Made by a program: the position numbers and the translations under genes
Shown here: positions 38,407 to 47,537 of the stretch, in pieces
Layout of the letters: each line of letters begins with the position of its first letter
Position numbering within the stretch: the stretch's first letter is position 1
The notes under the pieces: generated by a model
Database searches by the model: none
Told to the model about the DNA's origin: nothing
Seen by the model: only the letters and a program-made list of their open reading frames with translations
Assembly (NCBI GenBank): GCA_015065265.1
Contig: SVQQ01000008.1
Coordinates: 222-64,221 of the forward strand
Origin: Oscillospiraceae bacterium
GTDB taxonomy: Bacteria > Bacillota > Clostridia > Oscillospirales > SIG627
Reading direction: 5' to 3'
Length of the DNA: 64,000 nucleotides

Positions 38407-38409
38407 GCG

Positions 38410-39057
38410 TTATATTATGTTTAAAAGTTCCTCAGGGGTTTGAATTAAAAAGTCCGGCTTATTTTCAGAGAAGGCTTCTTCTCCCCCGTAGCCCCATAGA
38501 ACCCCTACCGACGTGAGTCCTGCATTTCTTGCTGTGACAACGTCTACCGACATATCTCCAACGTATAAGACCTCGTTTAGCGAAAGCCCAAGTTCCTTTA
38601 TTATGGCGTGAAGTGATGCGGGGTCAGGTTTATGAGGGTATGTGGGAGAGTATCCCCAAACTGCGTCAAAGACAGGGGGAAAGAGTTCTTTTACAATACC
38701 TTTTACGTGAGAGTTGTCTTTATTTGAAAGAATTGCAATTTTTACATTTTCGTCCTTTAGTTTTTTTAAAGTTTCACATATACCCGAATAAACTTTCGTT
38801 CTTACTGTGAGGTTATTGTCCAAAATATTTTTATATACTGCCAGTGCTTCGTCGATAAAGTCTTCGGTTACGTTTTCTTCTGAAAATGCTCTTTTTATAA
38901 GAACTCGTGCTCCGTTACCAATCATAACCTTTATTTCTTCTTCGGTCTTTTCTTTTAAAGAATAATAAAGACGAGTCCTATTCACTGCATAAGCAATATC
39001 GGAAAGAGTGTTTACAAGAGTTCCGTCCAAATCGAAAATTACTGCCTTAAATGTCAT
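38410..39057 (-). CDS. HAD-family phosphatase (phosphoglycolate phosphatase-like)
   Basis: FDLDGTL, SNK, KPDP, VGDMSVD, WGY. Confidence 0.9.
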   Translation of the reverse strand: MTFKAVIFDLDGTLVNTLSDIAYAVNRTRLYYSLKEKTEEEIKVMIGNGARVLIKRAFSEENVTEDFIDEALAVYKNILDNNLTVRTKVYSGICETLKKLKDENVKIAILSNKDNSHVKGIVKELFPPVFDAVWGYSPTYPHKPDPASLHAIIKELGLSLNEVLYVGDMSVDVVTARNAGLTSVGVLWGYGGEEAFSENKPDFLIQTPEELLNII

Positions 39058-39667
39058 TTGCGCCTCCGCTAAGAGTTATGTCGTCTAAGGGTTTTGTAAA
39101 GGCGTCAAGGTAGTTTGAAATAAAATACTTTACTTCCTCAAGTGGCAACAAGTCGAGTTGACATCTGATTGACCCTTCTGCCGAAACAAACTCTTTATTT
39201 CCTGCGGAAAGTTCGTCGACGCACTTAATATACGCGCAAATTTTATCGGCAGATTTTATGATACTACGCTCGTCGTGAGTTAAATCAAAGAGGTTTTTAT
39301 ATTCTTCTTCGGTGTCTTCGGGAAGTAAATCGATGAGTATATTTTCCGCTACTTTTTCGATGTTTTTATACGCTGTTTTTATTTCGGTGTTATAGTACTT
39401 TACAGGGGTGGGCAAGTCGCCTGTTAAAATCTCGCTCATATCGTGAAAAAGAGCCGAGGTGGCAATCTTATACACGTTATAGTTTTTGCCGAATTTTTTA
39501 TTTCCGATTACGGCGAGGGCGTGTGAGATTACTGCAACTTCATAGCAGTGTTCGCTGAGGGTTTCAACGGACACGTTTCTCATAAGGCCCCATCGGTTTA
39601 TATCTTTTTGACGAAATAAGAGGGCGAGAAATTCGCCACTTCTGTCATATCCTTTATTTTTGTTCAT
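39047..39667 (-). CDS. yfbR: 5'-deoxynucleotidase (HD domain)
   Basis: RWGLMRN, SEH, LFHDMSEILTGDLPTPVKY, ADKICAYIKC, AGNKEF. Start moved to ATG 39667. Confidence 0.9.
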   Translation of the reverse strand: MNKNKGYDRSGEFLALLFRQKDINRWGLMRNVSVETLSEHCYEVAVISHALAVIGNKKFGKNYNVYKIATSALFHDMSEILTGDLPTPVKYYNTEIKTAYKNIEKVAENILIDLLPEDTEEEYKNLFDLTHDERSIIKSADKICAYIKCVDELSAGNKEFVSAEGSIRCQLDLLPLEEVKYFISNYLDAFTKPLDDITLSGGANDI

Positions 39668-39718
39668 AAGAACCTCCAAAAAAATTCACAGATAAATTAT
39701 AACACTCTTTATTTAAAT

Positions 39719-39747
39719 TTGCAATACGTGAAAATTTGTTGTATAAT
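39719..39747 (+). promoter_or_regulatory. Putative sigma-A promoter for the radical SAM gene
   Basis: TTGCAA-17 nt-TATAAT. Confidence 0.65.
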
Positions 39748-39777
39748 AGAGGTGAAAGTTATGAAAGGAACAAACAA

Positions 39778-41493
39778 ATGTTTTTACCTATAAACAGAAA
39801 AGAAATGGAAGACTTAGGATGGGAACAGGTGGATTTTGTTTTCGTTACAGGCGATGCTTACGTTGACCATCCGAGTTTTGGAGTGGCAATCATCTCAAGA
39901 GTTCTTGAAAGCAAAGGTTACAGGGTGGGAATACTCTCGCAACCTGACTGGAACGACCTTGAAAGTTTTAAAGAATTTGGTGAACCGAGACTTGCTTTTT
40001 TAGTAGCGTCGGGAAACATTGACTCAATGGTTGCTCACTATACTGCAGCGAAGAAAAAGAGAAATTACGACTACTATTCACCAGGCGGAAAAATCGGTAA
40101 GAGACCTGACAGGGCGGTTATTGTATATTCAAACAAAATCCGCCAGGCTTTCCCCAATTCCCCTATAATTATAGGCGGACTTGAAGCGTCTCTCAGACGA
40201 TTTGCCCACTACGACTACTGGGACGACAGAGTAAGAAACAGTATTCTGGTGGATTCAGGTGCAGATATACTGATATACGGAATGGGAGAAAAGGCTTCCG
40301 TTGAAATTGCAAGGTTACTTGACAAGGGCGTTCCTGTAAAGAAAATCAAGAATGTTAAAGGAACTTGTGTTATGTGTGACAGAGACTACGTTCCCAAAGG
40401 GGATTTTCAATTTGTAGGTGAAATTGAAGATTTAAAGAGGGATAAAGCCCTTTATGCTGAGGCTTTTGCAACACAGTACAGAAACTGTGACAGTATATCG
40501 GGGGTAACCTTAACGGAGGGTTATTCGGGTAAAATACTTGTCCAAAATCCGCCTATGCCACCTCTTGAACGTGAGGAGCTTGACAAGGTTTACGCACTTG
40601 ATTATATGAGAGATTTTCACCCTATTTACAAAAAAGACGGTGGAGTTCCTGCAATTTCTGAAGTTAAGTTTTCAATAACTCACAACAGGGGTTGCTTTGG
40701 TGCGTGTTCATTTTGTGCGATAGCATATCATCAAGGAAGAACTGTGCGTTCAAGGTCAATCAAATCCTGTGTAGAAGAAGCGAAGAAACTTACAAAACTT
40801 CCTGATTTCAAGGGGTATATTCACGACGTTGGCGGTCCTACTGCGAATTTCAGATATCCTGCCTGTGACAAGCAACTTGAAAAAGGGGTTTGCGCTGACA
40901 AGAGGTGTCTGTCTCCCACCCCCTGTAAAAACTTAAAAGTTGACCACAGTGAATACCTTGAGTTATTAAGAGAAATAGAAAAAGTCGAGGGGGTTAAAAA
41001 GGTGTTTATACGCTCGGGAATTCGCTTTGACTATTTGACCTATGACAAAGACGACACCTTCTTTAAAAAGCTGGTGTCAGACCACGTGAGCGGACAGTTA
41101 AAGGTTGCTCCTGAACACAACTCTCATCGAGTTCTCTCCCTTATGGGTAAACCAGATATTGAAGTGTATGACAAATTCTGTCACAAATATTTTGAACTTT
41201 CAAAACGTTGTGGCAAGGAGCAATACATCGTACCGTATTTAATGTCAAGTCACCCAGGGTCTACTATGGAAGATGCTGTAAAACTTTCGGAATACATAAA
41301 GAAAAATCATCTTGCCCCCGAACAAGTGCAGGACTTCTACCCTACTCCCGCAACCGCATCGACCTGTATGTTCTATACGGGGATAAATCCTTTCACCAAA
41401 GAAGATGTTTATATTCCAAGGTCCTACAAAGAAAAGCAGGCACAAAGGGCTCTGTTGCAACCTCAAAAGAACTATCACAGAAGAAAAAAATAG
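39778..41493 (+). CDS. YgiQ/UPF0313 radical SAM protein
   Basis: [30 protein letters not shown] (CxxxCxxC), [17 protein letters not shown]. Start ATG 39778. Confidence 0.94.
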   Translation: MFLPINRKEMEDLGWEQVDFVFVTGDAYVDHPSFGVAIISRVLESKGYRVGILSQPDWNDLESFKEFGEPRLAFLVASGNIDSMVAHYTAAKKKRNYDYYSPGGKIGKRPDRAVIVYSNKIRQAFPNSPIIIGGLEASLRRFAHYDYWDDRVRNSILVDSGADILIYGMGEKASVEIARLLDKGVPVKKIKNVKGTCVMCDRDYVPKGDFQFVGEIEDLKRDKALYAEAFATQYRNCDSISGVTLTEGYSGKILVQNPPMPPLEREELDKVYALDYMRDFHPIYKKDGGVPAISEVKFSITHNRGCFGACSFCAIAYHQGRTVRSRSIKSCVEEAKKLTKLPDFKGYIHDVGGPTANFRYPACDKQLEKGVCADKRCLSPTPCKNLKVDHSEYLELLREIEKVEGVKKVFIRSGIRFDYLTYDKDDTFFKKLVSDHVSGQLKVAPEHNSHRVLSLMGKPDIEVYDKFCHKYFELSKRCGKEQYIVPYLMSSHPGSTMEDAVKLSEYIKKNHLAPEQVQDFYPTPATASTCMFYTGINPFTKEDVYIPRSYKEKQAQRALLQPQKNYHRRKK

Positions 41494-41497
41494 GCAT

Positions 41498-41528
41498 AAA
41501 AAAAGACGACGATTGTCGTCTTTTTTTC
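41498..41528. terminator. Bidirectional intrinsic terminator
   Basis: AAAAAAAGACGAC-gatt-GTCGTCTTTTTTT. Confidence 0.8.
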
Positions 41529-41529
41529 T

Positions 41530-43200
41530 TTAATTTAAAAAGTTGATTATTTCAGATTTATCGGAAGAGTCTTCGTGTTTCGGTTCTACGATAAAGTTGT
41601 AGGGATTAAGCATTACCTTTTCCACACATATGCCAAAGAAGAATTCAGTGTTTGCAATCGCAAAACTTTGAGGGTCTGCGCTCGAAATGACCTTTCCCTC
41701 ACTTACCATCTGTCCTACTGTGAGGTCAAGTGTTTTCAGGTGACCGTAAACCGACTTAAAGCCGAGTCCGTGTTCAATTACCACGGTGTTTCCATAAAGA
41801 GAAGTTTCACCCGAGAAGGCCACGACACCGTCTGCTACTGCACGAACGTCAAGAGTTTCGGCGTTTACAGATTTTACGTAGTGAATACCCAAACTCTGTT
41901 CGTCGATAAGAGTTCCGTTTACCTTCTGATGAACTCCGTAAGAGGGGGCGGAAACCCAATACTGTTCTTCACCGTCCAAGAACTTCTTGGCGGGGGTTAT
42001 AAGGCCTTGTGACCAGTAGTTATCTTCAAGTCGGTGATTAAAGGCAGAATCAATTTCGGTCAAAAATGCCTTTGTCGCCTCACTGTATGACTGAGATGAG
42101 TCTGACGTGATAAAGCCTATGGTGGCAGTAGAATAATTCTTGGAGTTTACAGTCAAAGGAACAGTGGTGATGGTAGTTTTTTCTGAAGTTAGACTTATGT
42201 TATATACTCCCGTTTCAACTGTCATGGGAATAGGTATCATAAACAGTTGCTTATTTTTGTATGATATAGGTTTTACGTCTTCAAGAGAAGGAATGTCCGA
42301 ATCAAAGACGAAGGTTTCGTCATTGGCGTTCTCAATAGTAATATAAAGCAGATCACCAGTACTTATGGTGTCGGTGCTAACCGAACACGTTGCCTTTACG
42401 TTATAGAAAAAGTCGAAGGTATAGGTGGCGCTTCCATGATAGAAGTCCCCTGTGCTTTCGTACCACTCTGCTGTAACTACTGCTCTGAGAGTTGAGTCAG
42501 AAGTGTGAGAAAAATCGAAAACGTTATTAAGCGTACCGTCGAAAATCAAGAGTTCGTTTTCATAAATCTTCACGTTATACCAATCGGGGTCAATATCGAA
42601 ATAAAGTTCAAAGCCGTCCTGTGAAAAGACGGAAAGACCCGAATCCAAAACGATGGTGTCGTTTGCTTCTTCATGGGTATAACTACCGTCTGCTACAAGA
42701 TATTCCCAATTATACGTTTTAGCTTTTGCGGTGTAAGTGTTACTGCCTGTTAATATATTGAGGCTTGGGACTGCACTGTACTTATAAACTTCGCTGACGT
42801 CGTGTTTTGTTAAAAACAGACGGGCGTAGTCTTTGTTTATTCTATACCAGTTACCACCTTCGTCATATGCAAGGCAGTTTTTAACGCTGGGCGTAAGACA
42901 CAGGTAATATGTAGCGTCACCTTGGATACGTTCAAATTTAAGTTCAAAAAGTGAATAGACGTCAGGGTCAAATTCCTGTCTTTCTATACTTACGATATTA
43001 TCTTTAAATTCAATAAAAAATTCCTTATTTTCTTCGTCGGTGTATTCAAGCACGTCACCGCTTGGCAATTTAAGTTGAACGCAGGTAACGTTAGAGGTTG
43101 TATAGTTTGAGTTAGTTACCGACAAAAGCCAAAAACCTGCAAAAATTGCCGGTAAAAACAGAATTACTACAACAAGGGCAATAAATTTTTTATTCATCAC
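41530..43200 (-). CDS. Membrane-anchored protein with C-terminal degenerate M23/LytM domain
   Basis: N-terminal TM helix; VRAVADGVVAFSG...YGNTVVIEHGLGFKSVYGHL...VGQMVSEG is M23-like, but the zinc-ligand motifs are missing. Confidence 0.8.
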   Translation of the reverse strand: MMNKKFIALVVVILFLPAIFAGFWLLSVTNSNYTTSNVTCVQLKLPSGDVLEYTDEENKEFFIEFKDNIVSIERQEFDPDVYSLFELKFERIQGDATYYLCLTPSVKNCLAYDEGGNWYRINKDYARLFLTKHDVSEVYKYSAVPSLNILTGSNTYTAKAKTYNWEYLVADGSYTHEEANDTIVLDSGLSVFSQDGFELYFDIDPDWYNVKIYENELLIFDGTLNNVFDFSHTSDSTLRAVVTAEWYESTGDFYHGSATYTFDFFYNVKATCSVSTDTISTGDLLYITIENANDETFVFDSDIPSLEDVKPISYKNKQLFMIPIPMTVETGVYNISLTSEKTTITTVPLTVNSKNYSTATIGFITSDSSQSYSEATKAFLTEIDSAFNHRLEDNYWSQGLITPAKKFLDGEEQYWVSAPSYGVHQKVNGTLIDEQSLGIHYVKSVNAETLDVRAVADGVVAFSGETSLYGNTVVIEHGLGFKSVYGHLKTLDLTVGQMVSEGKVISSADPQSFAIANTEFFFGICVEKVMLNPYNFIVEPKHEDSSDKSEIINFLN

Positions 43201-43919
43201 ATTAACACCTTTCCTACAACTCTTAAGTCATCGTTTTCAAATACTTCAATTGGCTTATATTTAGGATTTAAGGATATCAAAGTGCAATTTCCGTCATAAT
43301 ATTCAAGCCTTTTACACAAACTTTCTCCGTTAAGAAGAAAAATTCCGATTTCACCCGGTTGCAAGGTCTCTTGCTTTTTTACCCAAACGACAGATGAATC
43401 GTAAATAACGGGTTCCATACTGTCTCCGCTTATTCTTATACCGAAAGTTGCTTCTTCAGGTGCTTCTATTGTTCTTACCATAGAGTAATCGTCGGCGAGA
43501 ATAGGAAGGGGTTCACCTGCGGCCGCGGGTGACATATATACGGGAATTTTTCTTACAGATGCGTTATTAAGTGCCATTGAAAGTTGGTTCTTTCTTCCAA
43601 CTTCCAAATTAAGTAATGCCGATATGGTGCTCTTTCCTCTTTCGTCAATTAAACGATAGCTTTCAAGTAAAGCGTACTCTTCGTCGGTAATGTTATTTTT
43701 AGAAGTCACGCTTTGAAGTTGCTCATCGAAAACAAGTTCCTCGATAGACACGTCCAGATACTCTGCAATTTTATAAACCGTCTTAATTCTTGCAGAATCG
43801 GAATCACGTTTTAGCATACTGTCAAGAGTTGTATATGGAATTCCTGCGGCTTTTGCAAGTTGAGCCTTAGTCTTCTTTTTTTCTTTGAGAAGTTTTACAA
43901 CTTTTTTATTGAAACTCAT
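43197..43919 (-). CDS. XRE HTH + peptidase S24 (LexA/CI-like) transcriptional regulator
   Basis: HTH KAQLAKAAGIPYTTLDSML; Ala-Gly site AAAGEP; catalytic GDSMEP and CKRL. Start ATG 43919. Confidence 0.9.
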   Translation of the reverse strand: MSFNKKVVKLLKEKKKTKAQLAKAAGIPYTTLDSMLKRDSDSARIKTVYKIAEYLDVSIEELVFDEQLQSVTSKNNITDEEYALLESYRLIDERGKSTISALLNLEVGRKNQLSMALNNASVRKIPVYMSPAAAGEPLPILADDYSMVRTIEAPEEATFGIRISGDSMEPVIYDSSVVWVKKQETLQPGEIGIFLLNGESLCKRLEYYDGNCTLISLNPKYKPIEVFENDDLRVVGKVLM

Positions 43920-44035
43920 AAATAAACCTTTCAAACATTTATTTCAACTTCATAATAACATAATTTTAAAGAAAAGTAAAGATTTTTTATGAAATTACGT
44001 AATTTTGGACGCTTTTTTCTTAAAAAACAGTTGTT

Positions 44036-45898
44036 TCACTTCGTTTTTTCAAAATATTTTACTATGTTTTCTGCGTCCTTTTTCCCTATTCCTTTAACCT
44101 TCATAATTTCGTTTACGTCGGCTTCTTTAAGGGCTTTGACACTCTTAAAGGCGGAAATCAAAGATTTTGCTTTCTCGGGGCCTATGCCTTTGATTTTCTC
44201 GATAGAGAGGTGTGATACGCTCTTTCTTCTCTTTTTGTCCATACTCGAAAAAGTAAATCTGTGGACTTCTTCTTGTATTCCGTATATGAAGTTAAAAATC
44301 TTCATATTGTGGGCAATAGAAATTTCTCTGTCTGTGTCAACAAGTGTTCTTGTTTTATGGTGTTCGTCTTTAACCATACCGAAAACGGGTACTTCAAAGT
44401 TGAATTTTTGAAGTACTTGACGTGCGGCGTTTACGTGGCCTTTTCCGCCGTCAACTAAAATGAGGTCGGGTAATGACCACTTTTCTGCTACCTTTTTTTC
44501 TGCCCTTTCCTCAATATAACGTTTTACTCTTCTCTCCATGGCTTCGGACATAGAAAAATAGTCGTCCTGAACGCAAGACGGGATATTGAATAGTCTATAA
44601 TCTTTTTTGGAAAATTTGCCTTTTTTTATGGTTATCATACCTGTTGTTACGTGGTCGGAACCGTTATTTGAAACGTCGTAGGCTTCTATGTGCTCAGGGA
44701 CAACTTCAAGTCCTATAAGTTGTGCAAGTTCAACGAGTTTTTCGTCTGTGGTTTCCTCAACGTTTCTCAAGTGTAAAGTGTATTCTTTAGCATTTTCACA
44801 AGCCATCAACACTGCTTTTTTCAGTTCACCTTTTTCGGGATAAATAAATTTTACGTTCTTTTCAAATCTGTCACAAAAAAAGGCACGTAAATCTTCCAGT
44901 TCTTCTGAATAATACTCTTTTGGTATAAGGACTTCTTTTGGGCAAAATTCACGTTTTAAATAATAGTCGGCTAAGAAACTGACGAAGGCTATTTCGTCGA
45001 AAATTTCGTCGCCTGTAAACAAAAATCTTTCACTGTCGATTATTCTGCCCTCTCTTACGACGTTTACTGAAACAGAGGAAGAAATATCGTCGGAAAAGAC
45101 TCCGAAAACGTCTCTTTCTACCCTGTCGTCAAAGAGTACCTTCTGTTTCTGTCTTAAATTCTTAATCGAGGAAATTAAGTCTCTATTGAATGCGGCTTGT
45201 TCAAAATTCAGGTTTTCCGCTGCCTGTAACATATTCTTTTCAAGCTCGTCGATAACGTTTTCATAATCGTGTTTCAAAAAGGAAATTGCAGACTTTATAA
45301 CTTCGTTATATTCTTTTTGGCTGACTGTCCCTTGACATACTCCCATACATTTATTTATGTGATAGTTCAGGCAAGGTCTTTTTTTCCCGAAGTCTTCGGG
45401 AAATTTCATCTTACAGGTGGGTAACTTGAAAATTGCGTTAACTGTATCTATGATTTTATAAACGGATGAAGTGGATGAATACGGTCCGAAATATTTGTCG
45501 TTTTTATTCCTTATTGATTTCAAAGAGCGGACCATTGTCAGTCTTGGATATCTTTCAGACGTGGACAGTTTTATATAAGGGTAACTCTTATCGTCTTTCA
45601 GACGGATATTGAATTTAGGACTGAAGAGTTTTATGAGTTCATTTTCAAGGACAAGGGCTTCGGTCTCTGTGTCTGTGAATACACATTCAAAGGTATCCAC
45701 CTTTTCGACCATCTTACGTGTTTTATAATTATGAGAGTCTGTGTTCTGAAAATATTGCGAAACTCTATTTTTCAATGATTTGGATTTGCCAACGTAGATA
45801 ACCTTTCCGTTTTTGTCAATCATTTTATAGACACCGGGGGTTTGTGGCAACAATCTTGCTTTTAAAAGCAAAAGTTCAATTTTTTCCTTATCCAACAC
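44036..45898 (-). CDS. uvrC: Excinuclease ABC subunit C
   Basis: GIY-YIG PGVYKM..IYVGKS, DDKSYPY, YFGPY, UVR domain, PDLILVDGGKG, EVHRF, HhH. Start likely GTG 45898 or TTG 45895 after AGGAGG. Confidence 0.96.
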   Translation of the reverse strand: MLDKEKIELLLLKARLLPQTPGVYKMIDKNGKVIYVGKSKSLKNRVSQYFQNTDSHNYKTRKMVEKVDTFECVFTDTETEALVLENELIKLFSPKFNIRLKDDKSYPYIKLSTSERYPRLTMVRSLKSIRNKNDKYFGPYSSTSSVYKIIDTVNAIFKLPTCKMKFPEDFGKKRPCLNYHINKCMGVCQGTVSQKEYNEVIKSAISFLKHDYENVIDELEKNMLQAAENLNFEQAAFNRDLISSIKNLRQKQKVLFDDRVERDVFGVFSDDISSSVSVNVVREGRIIDSERFLFTGDEIFDEIAFVSFLADYYLKREFCPKEVLIPKEYYSEELEDLRAFFCDRFEKNVKFIYPEKGELKKAVLMACENAKEYTLHLRNVEETTDEKLVELAQLIGLEVVPEHIEAYDVSNNGSDHVTTGMITIKKGKFSKKDYRLFNIPSCVQDDYFSMSEAMERRVKRYIEERAEKKVAEKWSLPDLILVDGGKGHVNAARQVLQKFNFEVPVFGMVKDEHHKTRTLVDTDREISIAHNMKIFNFIYGIQEEVHRFTFSSMDKKRRKSVSHLSIEKIKGIGPEKAKSLISAFKSVKALKEADVNEIMKVKGIGKKDAENIVKYFEKTK

Positions 45899-45908
45899 TC
45901 TGCCTCCT

Positions 45909-45943
45909 AAAAAAATACCGCTGTTCATTATATTGAACAGCGG
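45909..45943 (-). terminator. Intrinsic terminator after HPr, abutting the uvrC RBS
   Basis: Minus strand CCGCTGTTCA-atataa-TGAACAGCGG-TATTTTTTT, then immediately AGGAGG. Confidence 0.75.
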
Positions 45944-45951
45944 GACCTTTG

Positions 45952-46215
45952 TTAGTCAATAAAACCTTTTAAAATTAATGTTGAGAGTCCGTCAATAGCA
46001 TCTGCCTCGTCAACGCCGTCTGCTATAAGATTAACTACCGTGCCTTTTACAATTCCCAGTGAAAGAACTCCCAAAAGGCTCTTAGCATTGGCACGTCTCT
46101 CTCCTCTTTCTATCATAATAGAAGATTTATAAGTGTTTGCCTTCTGTATGAAGTAAGTTGCGGGTCTTGCGTGAAGACCAACGCTATTTGTTACTGTAAC
46201 CTCTTTTGAAATCAT
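45952..46215 (-). CDS. ptsH: Phosphocarrier protein HPr
   Basis: GLHARPA (His15), NAKSLLGVLSL (Ser46). Start moved to ATG 46215. Confidence 0.93.
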   Translation of the reverse strand: MISKEVTVTNSVGLHARPATYFIQKANTYKSSIMIERGERRANAKSLLGVLSLGIVKGTVVNLIADGVDEADAIDGLSTLILKGFID

Positions 46216-46457
46216 GTTTATTGCTCCTATTATACTTGCTTTTCTGTTATAATGATTAACTTTTACAGTTAAATCGAGTAACATCATTTCGACTTTTTCT
46301 AATTATAACAAAAGTTTTATTGAAAATCAATAGAATATTTTCTGCATCAAAAAGTATTATGAATTTTTGACATTTTTTGTTCATTTATAGTTAAATATTT
46401 GTATATTTAGTCTAAAAAATTAAACATTTTTTGAGCAAAGTGAGTAGTGTTTGCTTT

Positions 46458-46937
46458 TTACTGCTTTTTGTAGGCATCCGTTATTTCAAAATTAAATGCG
46501 AGATTTTTAGTGTATGAGGAGATGTATTTACCTGCCGCAATAAAGTAGTTGCCGCCGAGCATACAACCTTCGTCGGTAACTCTTCCCTTACATTCAACTG
46601 TTAAAAATACGTCTATGCGTCCCGGCATATAAGTCTTAACAATTTCCCCTGTGTCAAGGGTAACGTATTTTTCTGCAGGGCGTTGTTCTTTTTGAACTAT
46701 TGAGCCAAGGGCTTTATCGTCCTTGTCGGCAAAAAGTTTGTCATCGATATTGATAAGGTTAAAAGAACTCTCCTGCAAGTTATTTATGCGGACAGTGTAA
46801 ACGATTGTGTCGTTAGAACGCAGTGCCATAAGGCTATCTTTTAATCCGCCTCTGTACGCTACCGCAATAACTGCACCGACAATTACAAGAAGTATAAGTA
46901 AATCAACAGCATTAAATTTGAGTTTTTTCATTTTCAT
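46458..46937 (-). CDS. DUF4330-family membrane-anchored protein
   Basis: KFNAVDLLILLVIV TM start, IVYTV, LGSI...PA, DVFLTVE, G.YI.AG. Confidence 0.7.
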   Translation of the reverse strand: MKMKKLKFNAVDLLILLVIVGAVIAVAYRGGLKDSLMALRSNDTIVYTVRINNLQESSFNLINIDDKLFADKDDKALGSIVQKEQRPAEKYVTLDTGEIVKTYMPGRIDVFLTVECKGRVTDEGCMLGGNYFIAAGKYISSYTKNLAFNFEITDAYKKQ

Positions 46938-46948
46938 AATGCTCTCCT

Positions 46949-47524
46949 TTATTTCTCAACGATATTTATGCAGTAACCTTCATTTACGAAGCGAGGTACT
47001 CTAAAATACACAAGTTGTCCTACTGCAACGTCAAAACCGTTTACGTTATAACCCGATTCACTCTTTTTCACTGTATCTTTGATTGTGACTTTTACATTGT
47101 AATACTCGTATTCAAGTTCTGTTTCTTCTGTGTTTCCCTCTTCTTCCTCTTCCGTTGAGGTGTCGGGTAAAGTAACAGTTGTGTTATCTATGGGATTTAT
47201 AGGGGGATAATAAGAAACAAATGACTTACCTGTTTCCGTATCTGTTACAAGTTTGTAGGCGGGTGAAACGTCCACTTTAACCACCTCACCTATTTGTTGG
47301 TCGCGCACAGTTTCAACTACCTTATCACCTATTGATATTTTGTTTATATTGTCTCTATGAACTTCTTTTACTTCCACGGTATATTGAATTTCAACTTCGG
47401 AATTTGCGTTTACCTCGTTTCTTGCAGTTGTGTAATAATACATTACAAGACATATAGCAAGAACGACCAAAATAATCAAAACGTCAATTATATTAAATCT
47501 GTGTTTTTTCTGTTTGGTATTCAT
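46949..47524 (-). CDS. DUF4330-family membrane-anchored protein with acidic insertion
   Basis: RFNIIDVLIILVVL, IQYTVEV, IGDKV, IGEVVKV, VNGFDVAVG. Start ATG 47524. Confidence 0.72.
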   Translation of the reverse strand: MNTKQKKHRFNIIDVLIILVVLAICLVMYYYTTARNEVNANSEVEIQYTVEVKEVHRDNINKISIGDKVVETVRDQQIGEVVKVDVSPAYKLVTDTETGKSFVSYYPPINPIDNTTVTLPDTSTEEEEEGNTEETELEYEYYNVKVTIKDTVKKSESGYNVNGFDVAVGQLVYFRVPRFVNEGYCINIVEK

Positions 47525-47537
47525 TTTAGTTGTCCTT

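Noticed and set aside
21373-44005. Prophage or ICE suggested by radC and two phage-like repressors
   Set aside because: They are dispersed among core genes with no integrase, structural or conjugation genes and no att-like repeats seen.
43989-44411. + strand 140-aa ORF divergent from the XRE-S24 gene (possible Cro-like partner)
   Set aside because: Almost entirely antisense to the uvrC 3' end, with no RBS and no HTH pattern.
45899-45928. N-terminal extension MNSGIFLGGR of UvrC
   Set aside because: Corresponds to the HPr terminator and the uvrC RBS; the true start is downstream.
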